A program made the translations under genes and the position numbers. Shown one piece after another: positions 19,747-28,728 of a stretch of DNA of 64,000 nt. The notes below the pieces were generated by a model. It searched no databases and was not told the origin of the DNA. It saw only the letters and a list, made by a program, of their open reading frames with translations. Position 1 is the first letter of the stretch; every line of letters begins with the position of its first letter. The stretch is from an uncultured Candidatus Saccharibacteria bacterium (GTDB lineage: Bacteria > Patescibacteriota > Saccharimonadia > Saccharimonadales > Saccharimonadaceae), in the NCBI GenBank assembly GCA_963516005.1, contig CAUPYP010000001.1, positions 39,400 to 103,399 of the forward strand, read 5' to 3'.

Positions 19747-21030
19747 ATGAAACACACGGTTAAAGAAGTGGTGCTTAAAAACGGTGCCCGGGGTTTGTTC
19801 ATCAATATTCCCGACGCTACCGTGATGCAATATAAGATTCATTTTCGGGCAGGTAATCGATTAGTTCGCTCGCCGGAAGTGTATGAGACGGCACATGTAA
19901 TGGAACATATGTCGTTTGGTGCCAATACGAAATTTGAAAGTGAGCAGGAATACGCGGCAGAGTTTTCCAAAAATGGCGCTCGCAATAATGCTTACACATC
20001 AGATACATCAATGGTGTATCTCGGCGTATGCGCTGATTTTGAATGGGAAAGGGTGTTAAAATTACAACAGTTGGCGATCTGTCAACCGCGTTTTTCGCAG
20101 TCAAAACTCGAAGCTGAACAGGGCAATATTCGTAATGAATTAACGGCAATGTTGTCAAATCACTCTAATCTACTATGGTATCGAATGCAACAACTATTGG
20201 GTGAGCAAGTGCTGGATTTAAAACAGCGAATTGCGACAATCGATAATATCCAACTAGAAGATGTGGTCGAACATCACACACGCACTCATACTATTGAGAA
20301 TATGCGGTTTTTGGTGGCGGGGCGACTGACGAATCGTGAGCGCAAGTTGCGGGCTTTGCTCGAAAAATGGAAATTGCCTAAAGGCGAATTATTACCAATT
20401 CCGCACGATCAAATTCATTCACATGACGCCACTTTAATTAAACAAAAAAATGGTCGCAGTCTGACCTTTGGCGTGTCACTAATTTTGGAGCGAAACTTAA
20501 CCCAGCGTGAAGCTTACGCTATGGAAGCTCTTAATCATATTTTGACAGGTACGACATATTCGCGGATTTTTGGCAAGGCGCGGGAACGGGGATTGGTTTA
20601 TAGTATTTACTCGGATTATGATGAGCGTCATCACGATTGTTGTTGGGATTTTGCGGGACAAGTGATGCCTGAGACGGCTGAGGCGCTATTTGATTTAATT
20701 ATTGACGAGCTCAAACAAGTAGCGGCTGGCAAAATTACCAAAAAAGAAATTGATGAAACTAAAAGCTACGGGCTTGGTTCGTTCCAGATTAACACTCAGA
20801 CAATTTCACAACTAGCTAATTTTTATGGCGAGGAATATTTCACTAACCATAAAATCCGTAGTTACGCTACCGTCCCAAATCACTGGGCGAAAATTTCAAA
20901 AGCTGAAATCGTAGCCATTGTCCAAGATTTTATGGCTAATGGTAAATGGGCGCTGGTTGGAGTCGGCAATGTCGATCAGGGACTGCTGGAAAAACTAAAC
21001 GCTAAACTAAAAACAGTTTTTAAAGGATAA
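19747..21030 (+). CDS. M16-family (pitrilysin/insulinase-like) zinc peptidase
   Basis: Inverted zincin motif HVMEH near the N-terminus, 427 aa. AAGGAGG RBS. Confidence 0.8.
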   Translation: MKHTVKEVVLKNGARGLFINIPDATVMQYKIHFRAGNRLVRSPEVYETAHVMEHMSFGANTKFESEQEYAAEFSKNGARNNAYTSDTSMVYLGVCADFEWERVLKLQQLAICQPRFSQSKLEAEQGNIRNELTAMLSNHSNLLWYRMQQLLGEQVLDLKQRIATIDNIQLEDVVEHHTRTHTIENMRFLVAGRLTNRERKLRALLEKWKLPKGELLPIPHDQIHSHDATLIKQKNGRSLTFGVSLILERNLTQREAYAMEALNHILTGTTYSRIFGKARERGLVYSIYSDYDERHHDCCWDFAGQVMPETAEALFDLIIDELKQVAAGKITKKEIDETKSYGLGSFQINTQTISQLANFYGEEYFTNHKIRSYATVPNHWAKISKAEIVAIVQDFMANGKWALVGVGNVDQGLLEKLNAKLKTVFKG

Positions 21031-21036
21031 AAAGCT

Positions 21037-22131
21037 ATGACAAATCGCGTGGGAATTGAGGCAAGACTAGCGGAACTAACCGCTGATTTTGAGGTGGCTT
21101 ATGCGCAATTGCAAATCGAAGCTAAGGCGCAAGAATTAGCTGAATTGGAAGATCAACTTAATCAGCCGTCAATTTGGAATGACCCAATCAAAGCCCAAGC
21201 CTTGGCTAAAACCGTCGCGAGCAAGCAGGAATTTTTGCAACCATGGCAGGCAATGAAACTACAGTTGGCAGATTATCGCGAGTTGTTGACGATCGATGAT
21301 GAGACTTGGCTGGAAGAAGTGGAGCGTCAAATTGAGGCGTTGGCTGAGCAATTGACTGAGCTGAAACGGGCGTTGGCGTTTAATGGCAAACACGACGCTA
21401 GCGATGTGATTTTGCGCTTGACTAGTGGCGTTGGCGGGTTGGATGCTCAGGATTTTACCGAGATGCTCGAGCGGATGTACTTGCGCTGGCTCAAAAACCA
21501 ACAATTTACAGTGAATTTAATTGAGCGCCAGACGAGTGATGAGGCTGGGATTAAAACGGCAGTTTACGAAGTATCAGGTCCGTTTGCTTATGGTAAATTA
21601 AAAAGTGAGAATGGTGTCCACCGACTCGTCCGCCTCAGTCCGTTTAACGCCGATAATTTGCGCCAGACTAGTTTTGCGCTAGTGGAAGTTTTACCAAAAA
21701 TTGAAGCCGATGAGCTCAAAATTGCCGAATCAGATTTAAAAATTGATTATTATCGCTCAGGTGGTCATGGTGGACAGAGCGTTAATACAACCGATAGTGC
21801 AGTGCGCGTGACGCATATTCCGACGGGACTGACGGTGGCAATTCAAAACGAACGTTCACAGATTCAAAATAAAGCAGTGGCGCTAGCAATTTTAACGGCA
21901 AAACTGGCTGAAATGCAGGAGCAACAACAAGCCGAGGATTTATCACAATTAAAAGCTGGCGAGTCGGCTAGTTGGGGCGCACAAATCCGCAATTATGTGC
22001 TTCATCCGTACACTTTAGTGAAAGATACGCGGACAAAATATCAAGAAACTGACGTCGCCAAAGTGCTCGACGGCAAAATCGATGGTTTTATCGAGGCATA
22101 TTTAGATAGTTTATTGGCATTAAAAAACTAA
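21037..22131 (+). CDS. prfB: Peptide chain release factor 2, encoded as one uninterrupted ORF
   Basis: SPF tripeptide (RLSPFNA) and GGQ motif (SGGHGGQSVN). 364 aa in a single frame. Confidence 0.95.
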   Translation: MTNRVGIEARLAELTADFEVAYAQLQIEAKAQELAELEDQLNQPSIWNDPIKAQALAKTVASKQEFLQPWQAMKLQLADYRELLTIDDETWLEEVERQIEALAEQLTELKRALAFNGKHDASDVILRLTSGVGGLDAQDFTEMLERMYLRWLKNQQFTVNLIERQTSDEAGIKTAVYEVSGPFAYGKLKSENGVHRLVRLSPFNADNLRQTSFALVEVLPKIEADELKIAESDLKIDYYRSGGHGGQSVNTTDSAVRVTHIPTGLTVAIQNERSQIQNKAVALAILTAKLAEMQEQQQAEDLSQLKAGESASWGAQIRNYVLHPYTLVKDTRTKYQETDVAKVLDGKIDGFIEAYLDSLLALKN

Positions 22132-22213
22132 TTAACTGATTACTTTGCATATTTTACAAAAAGCTCTATAATAAAACTTAAGCATATAATGCGTAGTGCA
22201 AAAGGAGCAATCA

Positions 22214-23422
22214 ATGAAAAATCCAACACGCAACATTCTATCAATTCTTGGTGTAATAGTTTTTATGGTCGCGAAGTTGACGCTAATTATCGTTGTCGTT
22301 GCTTATTTACTAGCGGTGATTGTTTTAAACGCCGTTTCCTTGTCAAATAATCAAAATAACTCTCGTCGTGCCTCAAATTATTCAAAAGAAGCTACCAAGT
22401 TTATCGCTGTTCACGAGACTCTTGGTATTACTAAAATTCCTATTGGTCGAGTTGTTTTTCCGTATTTAATTAAGCCACAACAAGCTCGTTTTGTTAATTA
22501 TGATGCCTATGGCAATATTACAAAGGAGACTTTTACAGAGACAATTCGTAACGCAACTTATGATCATAACAAACATCTAATCTATTATGAATCGCTGGAT
22601 GGATTTTCGGTGTTTGATTATCGCCAGCAAAAGGTAATAAAGACAGTAAAATATCCATATGATGAACGTTATTTTCCAGATAAAATAACCATTAGATCAA
22701 TTATTGATCGATTGGTTGTTCATAACGGTGAGTTTTATTTCTCACAAGCCGAGGATTTGGAGGGTAATGCTGTTTATAGATTCTGCCAAGCCACAACCAA
22801 GAAATGCTATGACATAGACGGAAAACTTAATCACCTAGTATCAACACCAGCAGGGATAGTAGCTGTTTCACAAAAAACCGTTTGGTTGTTTGACCATAAT
22901 CTTAACTTATTAAAGCGTGAAAAGCTTGATGACGCAACACGAGTTTATGGAGTGGTCGCTGATGGTCAATCGTATCGTCTGATTGTTAATAATAAAATTA
23001 CTAATTTACCATCGATGGTTCTTAGTCGTGAACTAGCCGAGGAATATCAGTATAATCCGTCGGTCTGGTTAAGAATTAGTTTTATCACTCATAATCAACA
23101 AGTTTATATGATCGTCAGCAAGGAACATGAACGGCAAAAGACCGGTGGTTTAACTGCTATGTATGTTGCTGACATCTCGGGTGATAATCAAGCTCAGTTT
23201 AAACTAGTTTGGAAAAAAGACAATGTTTATCATACATCCGATATGGTGATGTCTAATAATCAAAAATTAATGTTTGAAATTCAGGATCGGGATGCTTATA
23301 CTGAAATGACATGCCATTTCATCACTTATGAATTTGCGAAACAACAGGTTCAAGAAATAACGACAAAATTTAATCCGATTAACCAGCAACCAATTGGTTC
23401 TAAATTCTGGATGTTGGATTAG
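22214..23422 (+). CDS. Hypothetical membrane-anchored protein
   Basis: The ATG at 22214 follows AAAGGAG. One N-terminal TM precedes an extracytoplasmic domain of about 350 aa rich in Tyr/Asn. No family recognised. Confidence 0.6.
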   Translation: MKNPTRNILSILGVIVFMVAKLTLIIVVVAYLLAVIVLNAVSLSNNQNNSRRASNYSKEATKFIAVHETLGITKIPIGRVVFPYLIKPQQARFVNYDAYGNITKETFTETIRNATYDHNKHLIYYESLDGFSVFDYRQQKVIKTVKYPYDERYFPDKITIRSIIDRLVVHNGEFYFSQAEDLEGNAVYRFCQATTKKCYDIDGKLNHLVSTPAGIVAVSQKTVWLFDHNLNLLKREKLDDATRVYGVVADGQSYRLIVNNKITNLPSMVLSRELAEEYQYNPSVWLRISFITHNQQVYMIVSKEHERQKTGGLTAMYVADISGDNQAQFKLVWKKDNVYHTSDMVMSNNQKLMFEIQDRDAYTEMTCHFITYEFAKQQVQEITTKFNPINQQPIGSKFWMLD

Positions 23423-23440
23423 ATTCTTGGCAGTATTTTA

Positions 23441-23449
23441 TGCTATAAT
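23441..23449 (+). promoter_or_regulatory. Extended -10 TGcTATAAT 6 nt upstream of the ftsE ATG
   Basis: The sequence reads TGCTATAATaagcttATG. Confidence 0.5.
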
Positions 23450-23455
23450 AAGCTT

Positions 23456-24142
23456 ATGATTTTACTTGATCGAGTTTCTAAAACTTATCCAAAAGGCGAC
23501 AAGCCAGCGCTGGATCGGATTAGTCTGCATATTAAACCGCGAGAATTTGTGAGCATTATTGGGCCGAGTGGCTCGGGTAAGTCAACTCTGCTGAAATTAT
23601 TAACACGCGAAGAAAAACCAACTTCGGGCAAGATTGTGGTTGGTGGAATTGATTATGATACGCTTCATGACAAAGATATTCCTTTGCTACGACGTAAAAT
23701 CGGGGTGATTTTTCAGGATTTTAAACTATTACCACAACGTACAGTTTTTGAAAACGTGGCGTTTGCGCTAGAAATCTCTGGTATGAGTAAGCGAGAAATC
23801 GACAGTGCTGTGCCAAAAGTGATTGAATTGGTTGGTTTAAAAGGCAAGGAAAAAGCCTTTCCACATCAGTTATCTGGTGGTGAGCGTCAGCGCGTGGCGA
23901 TTGCGCGTTCGGTAGTGCGTCAACCGCGGATTTTGATCGCCGATGAGCCAACTGGCAACCTTGATCCGAAGCATTCGTGGGATATTGTGAAAGTTCTAGA
24001 GAAGATTAACGATTATGGCACGACGGTGATTCTGACAACGCACAATGTCGATATTGTTAATAAACTGAAACGCCGAGTCATTGCAATTGAGGGTGGAAAA
24101 ATTATTTCGGATAAATCACGAGGGGAGTATTACGATGGTTAA
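23456..24142 (+). CDS. ftsE: Cell-division ABC ATPase FtsE
   Basis: Walker A GPSGSGKST, LSGGERQR and Walker B ILIADEPT. It is followed by an overlapping FtsX gene. Confidence 0.9.
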   Translation: MILLDRVSKTYPKGDKPALDRISLHIKPREFVSIIGPSGSGKSTLLKLLTREEKPTSGKIVVGGIDYDTLHDKDIPLLRRKIGVIFQDFKLLPQRTVFENVAFALEISGMSKREIDSAVPKVIELVGLKGKEKAFPHQLSGGERQRVAIARSVVRQPRILIADEPTGNLDPKHSWDIVKVLEKINDYGTTVILTTHNVDIVNKLKRRVIAIEGGKIISDKSRGEYYDG

Positions 24143-25112
24143 AAAACGACGACATCGACCAAAGCGCAGTTTTGCAAGGCGTTGGATTTCATTTACACGC
24201 GTGTTTCGCTATGGAGCGGAGAATTTTGTCCGCAATGCTTGGCTGTCGCTAGCGGCAATTTTGATTATGACAATCACACTGCTGATCATTTTTTTGGCTG
24301 TAGCGTCAAACAATATCTTAAAAGATACTGTCAATTCGATTCGCGATCGAGTTCAAATGTCGATTTACGTCAAAAACACAATTGATGAAATCACAGCTCA
24401 ACAAATTAAACATGATATCGAAAAAATACCAGGCGTAATCGCTGTGGAATATATTTCATCAGCTCAGGCGCGTAATGATATTACTAAAGGTAATGTTGAT
24501 GATAAAGGCTTTATTGACGCAATCAACGAAGCTAAGAATAAATTACCATCAACTTATCGGGTCAAAATCACCGACATTAATGATCCATCGAAACTCGAGA
24601 GCTACACAAAAGACAATGATTTAATCAAAAAATGGCTTGATCCGAAACAACCACCGTCTTTTTCATCATCATCACGCACAGCGATAGACAATATTGCGAA
24701 GCATGCCGATTTTGCGGAAAAAGCCGGTGTGGCGGTAGCAGTGATTTTTACGGCGGTAGCAGCACTAGTGGTGTTTAACACCATTCGTATGGCGATTTTT
24801 AACCGCAAAGACGAGATTTATATGATGCGCTTAATCGGTGCAGAGCCAAGCTTTGTTCGTAGTCCGTTTGTGGTGGAAGCAGTGCTTAATGGCGTTATTT
24901 CGGCAATTATCGCCACTTCAACTGGGCTGGTGCTATTTGACTTGGCAAAAGATAAAATCTCATCTTATGGCGTCGAAATTGCACAAACGATTGAGTTTGC
25001 AACTAAGCATTGGTATCTGGTGTATGGTGTGATGATTGGGGCGGGGATTTTGATCGGTATTTTCTCGTCGTTCCTCGCGACCGGTAAATATTTAAAAGAA
25101 AAGCATAACTAG
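24135..25112 (+). CDS. ftsX: Cell-division permease-like protein FtsX
   Basis: The ATG at 24135 overlaps the ftsE stop (ATGGTTAA). TM1, an extracellular loop domain and 3 C-terminal TM helices. Confidence 0.85.
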   Translation: MVKKRRHRPKRSFARRWISFTRVFRYGAENFVRNAWLSLAAILIMTITLLIIFLAVASNNILKDTVNSIRDRVQMSIYVKNTIDEITAQQIKHDIEKIPGVIAVEYISSAQARNDITKGNVDDKGFIDAINEAKNKLPSTYRVKITDINDPSKLESYTKDNDLIKKWLDPKQPPSFSSSSRTAIDNIAKHADFAEKAGVAVAVIFTAVAALVVFNTIRMAIFNRKDEIYMMRLIGAEPSFVRSPFVVEAVLNGVISAIIATSTGLVLFDLAKDKISSYGVEIAQTIEFATKHWYLVYGVMIGAGILIGIFSSFLATGKYLKEKHN

Positions 25113-25147
25113 CGCCGTAGTTGTAAAAACTACACGTTGGTTAGAGC

Positions 25148-25177
25148 TTGACTTTTGCGAAGTGCTTATGGTATAAT
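25148..25177 (+). promoter_or_regulatory. Promoter TTGACT-18-TATAAT for the PcsB-like gene
   Basis: -35 at 25148-25153 and -10 at 25172-25177, with TGg upstream of the -10. Confidence 0.55.
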
Positions 25178-25225
25178 TTAAGACATAAAAAACTGCGACG
25201 AAAATAAAAAATAGCGAGAGTTATA

Positions 25226-26359
25226 ATGACCAACTACAAAAAACATAAAATTTCCCATAAAGCCCTGCTAATTATTACAGCGATTGTTATTACAGCATCT
25301 GGATTATCGTTAAATCATATCTTGTTTAATAATCGAGCACGAGCGGATGTTTTTGACGAAAAAATTCGTCAATTGCGTGAAAATAATAAATACTACGAAT
25401 CGCAGGCTTATGACTTGCGTAAAAAAGCCGAGTCGCTTGAGGCGGAAGTGGCATTTATCAATGAGCAAAAAGCCCAAATTCAGGTGGCGATTAATCAGAT
25501 TAGCGCCCGAATTGATACTTTAAACAAAGAAATTACCGCTCTCGAAAAATCCATTGCTGATAATCGTGAAGCATTAGGGGATGTGATTGCTAAAATTTAT
25601 CTCTCGAGTCAGGTATCGACCATTGAGCGCTTAGCTAGCTCTAAGGCAATTACTGATTTTATTGATGAAGAAGCGCAGAACCAAACTCTCCGTCAGAATC
25701 TGAGTATTAAGCTTAAAGAAATCAAACAACAGCGTGAAGACGTCGGTGCTAAAAAAGCTGAACAAGTCAAAGTTCTCGAAGAACAACAAAAACAAATGAC
25801 TGCTCAAGTATCACTCGAGAATGAAAAACAGCGTATTTTAAATCAAACCAAGGGTGACGAAAATCTTTATCGTCAAATGACCGAGGAGAACAACGCGCGT
25901 ATCGAAAAACTGCGGGCTGAACAGATTGAGGCTAACCGAATTGCCAACGCTGGCTTTAATATTCCAAAAGGTATTCCAGGTGGCGGTGGCTATCCGGGTC
26001 AGTGGGCGAATGCGCCACTTGACGCTTATGTCGATCCATGGGGACTGTATACTCGCGAATGTGTGAGTTATGTTGCGTGGAAGGTATATAGTACCGGTCG
26101 ATTTGTTCCGCATTTCGGCGGTCGGGGTAACGCTAATCAATGGCCATCAACGACGGCTCGCCATGGTATTCCACAAGGTCGTCAGCCAAAAGTTGGCGCT
26201 GCCGCTGTCTTGATGGTTGGCTATTATGGTCACGTGATGTATGTTGAAGCGGTACATGGTGATGGCACGATTACAGTCAGTGACTATAACTTGAACTGGG
26301 ACGGTTTGTATCGTATTTACAGGCGTTCAGCCTCTGGTTTGACTTATATTTACTTTTAA
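25226..26359 (+). CDS. PcsB-like peptidoglycan hydrolase (coiled coil plus C-terminal CHAP domain)
   Basis: An N-terminal anchor and about 200 aa of heptad-rich coiled coil precede a CHAP domain, with Cys in ECVSYVAWKV and His in GHVMYVEAV. Confidence 0.75.
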   Translation: MTNYKKHKISHKALLIITAIVITASGLSLNHILFNNRARADVFDEKIRQLRENNKYYESQAYDLRKKAESLEAEVAFINEQKAQIQVAINQISARIDTLNKEITALEKSIADNREALGDVIAKIYLSSQVSTIERLASSKAITDFIDEEAQNQTLRQNLSIKLKEIKQQREDVGAKKAEQVKVLEEQQKQMTAQVSLENEKQRILNQTKGDENLYRQMTEENNARIEKLRAEQIEANRIANAGFNIPKGIPGGGGYPGQWANAPLDAYVDPWGLYTRECVSYVAWKVYSTGRFVPHFGGRGNANQWPSTTARHGIPQGRQPKVGAAAVLMVGYYGHVMYVEAVHGDGTITVSDYNLNWDGLYRIYRRSASGLTYIYF

Positions 26360-26380
26360 AACTGCTTTTTAGTCATAATT

Positions 26381-26426
26381 TCCGTCCTTGTTGTTTTAAA
26401 CACAACCTTAAAAGGGCGGATTTTTT
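26381..26426 (+). terminator. Intrinsic terminator after the PcsB-like gene
   Basis: Long stem TCCGTCCTT.. / ..AAGGGCGGA followed by TTTTTT. Confidence 0.7.
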
Positions 26427-26501
26427 GTGGTAAAAATGCTACAATAAAATGAGTGATAAAAAGCGTGGGTGCCTTTTTAGGTGCGTGAAAACAGGAGTAA
26501 A

Positions 26502-27707
26502 ATGAATCAACCATCGACAAAACGAACGATTGCTATTGATAAAACTAATTTACTAATTATATTAGTGATTGTGTTTGTACTGGGTTTTAGTTTTGGAGAC
26601 CGCAGTCATACAATTTTTAATTACGTTGGCAAAATGTTTGGATGTAGGATTAACCAAACTGAACTTGACTACAAAACTTTAGATCAAACTTATGCGACTT
26701 TGAAGCAAAAATTTGACGGAAAAATTGATCTACAGACGCTAATTGAGGGTGCGAACAAAGGTCTGGTTGGAGCGCTAGGCGATCGTCATACAGTTTATTT
26801 AACACCAAAAGAAGCCGAGCAATTTAACAAAAACCTCGAGGGCGATATTGGTGGTGGTATTGGCGCGGAAGTTGGGATTCGTAAGGAGTTGATTACGATT
26901 ATCCGCCCGCTGAAAGATAGTCCAGCACTGAAGGCTGGAGTGCAAGCTGGTGATGTGATTTATAAGGTCAACGATGAAGAGGTTGGAAATCAGACACTCG
27001 ACCAGGTTATTCAAAAAATTCGTGGTAAACCTGGCACGGAAGTTAAACTAACCGTTGCACGCAAAAACCATTCACAACCAATTGATATTAAAATTACTCG
27101 CCAAACTATCAACAATCCAAGCGTTAATTTGGAAATCAAAGGTGATGTGGCGGTCTTAACGGTGTCGCGTTTTGACAAACAAACAGCAGTGTTGGCACGT
27201 CAAGAAGCTGAAAAAATCAAAGCCCAAGGTATTTCTAAAGTTGTTCTCGATTTACGGGGGAACTCTGGTGGTTATTTGACGGCGGCACGTGATTTAGCCG
27301 GGTTATGGCTAGATGGTCAGCTAGTGGTGAGTGAGCGGATTGGTGATAAAACTGTCCAGGAGTTTTTCTCGAAAAAAGGTGATAATATCCTGGCAAATAC
27401 CAAAACTGTTATCTTGATGAATGCTGGATCAGCTAGTGCTAGTGAAATCGTCATCGGTGCACTCAAAGATTACAAAAAAGCCACTTTAGTTGGCGAAACT
27501 AGTTTCGGCAAGGGTAGCGTCCAGGAGCTAGTAAATCTGCCAAATGGTGGTCAACTCAAAGTGACAGTCGCGCGGTGGTATACGCCACAAGGTCAAAATA
27601 TTGACGGACAAGGCATCAAACCAGACAAGGAAGTCGAGCTAAAAGCTGATGACTGGCAAAATGATCGTGATCCACAGCTCCAGACGGCGCTTGAGATGCT
27701 AAAATAA
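26502..27707 (+). CDS. ctpA: S41-family C-terminal processing (tail-specific) protease
   Basis: The ATG at 26502 follows AGGAG. PDZ domain, RGNSGGYL, the catalytic-Ser context GSASASEI and the Lys context GKGSVQ. Confidence 0.85.
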   Translation: MNQPSTKRTIAIDKTNLLIILVIVFVLGFSFGDRSHTIFNYVGKMFGCRINQTELDYKTLDQTYATLKQKFDGKIDLQTLIEGANKGLVGALGDRHTVYLTPKEAEQFNKNLEGDIGGGIGAEVGIRKELITIIRPLKDSPALKAGVQAGDVIYKVNDEEVGNQTLDQVIQKIRGKPGTEVKLTVARKNHSQPIDIKITRQTINNPSVNLEIKGDVAVLTVSRFDKQTAVLARQEAEKIKAQGISKVVLDLRGNSGGYLTAARDLAGLWLDGQLVVSERIGDKTVQEFFSKKGDNILANTKTVILMNAGSASASEIVIGALKDYKKATLVGETSFGKGSVQELVNLPNGGQLKVTVARWYTPQGQNIDGQGIKPDKEVELKADDWQNDRDPQLQTALEMLK

Positions 27708-27739
27708 GCTTTAAGTAATAGATATTACAGAGAATGAGG

Positions 27740-27745
27740 TATAAT
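27740..27745 (+). promoter_or_regulatory. -10 box TATAAT 6 nt upstream of the rnhA ATG
   Basis: The sequence reads GGTATAATtaaaacATG. Confidence 0.45.
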
Positions 27746-27751
27746 TAAAAC

Positions 27752-28198
27752 ATGATTGTGTACACTGATGGATCGGCTAGTCCAAATCCTGGCCCGGGCG
27801 GTTTTGCGGTAATTGACCAACATGGTCAACCGCTAGCTTTGGGGCGAGAAGCGTATTCGACTAATATTCAGATGGAAGCGGTGGCGATTATTGAGGCGCT
27901 AAAATTAGCTGATGGGCAACCGATTAAGATTTATACCGATAGTCAGTTTTGGATTAATGTTTTAACGCAATGGGCGCCAACTTGGGCCAAAAATAATTGG
28001 ACGAAGAAAAAAGGCGAGATTAAAAACCTTGATTTAGTTCAAACTGCTTTTGAGCTGTATCAACAGTCACAGGCGACCTTAATTTGGGTGAAGGGACATA
28101 GTGACAATCAGCTCAACGCTCAAGCTGATTATTGGGCAAATCAAGCGCGCCAAGGTGTGACGTTAACCGAAGTAAAGGAGAAAATATGCGCAAATTAG
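27752..28198 (+). CDS. rnhA: Ribonuclease HI
   Basis: A full DEDD/H set is present: YTDGS, QMEAVA, IYTDSQ, KGHS, AQADYWAN. Confidence 0.9.
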   Translation: MIVYTDGSASPNPGPGGFAVIDQHGQPLALGREAYSTNIQMEAVAIIEALKLADGQPIKIYTDSQFWINVLTQWAPTWAKNNWTKKKGEIKNLDLVQTAFELYQQSQATLIWVKGHSDNQLNAQADYWANQARQGVTLTEVKEKICAN

Positions 28199-28719
28199 CT
28201 ATCAAAGTTAAAATCAATGATTCGGTGGCGATTAGCAAAGCATTATATGATGCTGGTCGCAAACTAGGAGATGAATATCAGCAGTTTGATCGAGTGTTTA
28301 TGCCACGTGGTTATCAAAAAACCTATCCAGACCCATCGGTGGCACCACAGCTGATTATTCGTACTAATACGATTGCCGGCCAAATTAGCCATATGATGAT
28401 TTTAAAACGCCCGGTTAATCCTAATTTGACGTATTTTTTTCAGACACAGGTGATGGATTATAATCAAACTGCGCATATCGTCAGCAATATGGGTTACGAG
28501 CTTCACACGGAAGTACCAAAACGGCGCCGTAAACTACTAATTGGTAGTGTAGTGCTGTATTTAGATTATATTGATGGCCACGGCTGGTTTTTAAAAATTG
28601 AAAAAAATCTCAAAAACCACGAAACCGACAATACTGATGATTTATGGAAAATCCTTGAATCGCTCGGTGTACAGCAAGTCGAGGCAGTCGGCCGTTACAG
28701 TGAAATAATTAAACAATAG
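28186..28719 (+). CDS. CYTH-fold (CyaB/ThTPase-like) protein with a degenerate acidic active site
   Basis: The ATG at 28186 follows AAGGAG. The C-terminal pattern VPKRRRKLLIGSVVLYLDYIDGHGWFLKIE matches the CyaB-like K-R..Y..v.lD.v.glG.F.EiE pattern. The N-terminal ExExK is replaced by AIKVK. Confidence 0.55.
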   Translation: MRKLAIKVKINDSVAISKALYDAGRKLGDEYQQFDRVFMPRGYQKTYPDPSVAPQLIIRTNTIAGQISHMMILKRPVNPNLTYFFQTQVMDYNQTAHIVSNMGYELHTEVPKRRRKLLIGSVVLYLDYIDGHGWFLKIEKNLKNHETDNTDDLWKILESLGVQQVEAVGRYSEIIKQ

Positions 28720-28728
28720 GAGAAGAAT

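Noticed and set aside
21037-22131. Looked for the programmed +1 frameshift (CTT TGA C) usually found early in prfB.
   Set aside because: RF2 is encoded here as one uninterrupted 364-aa frame. A sizeable minority of bacteria lack the frameshift, so this is not anomalous.
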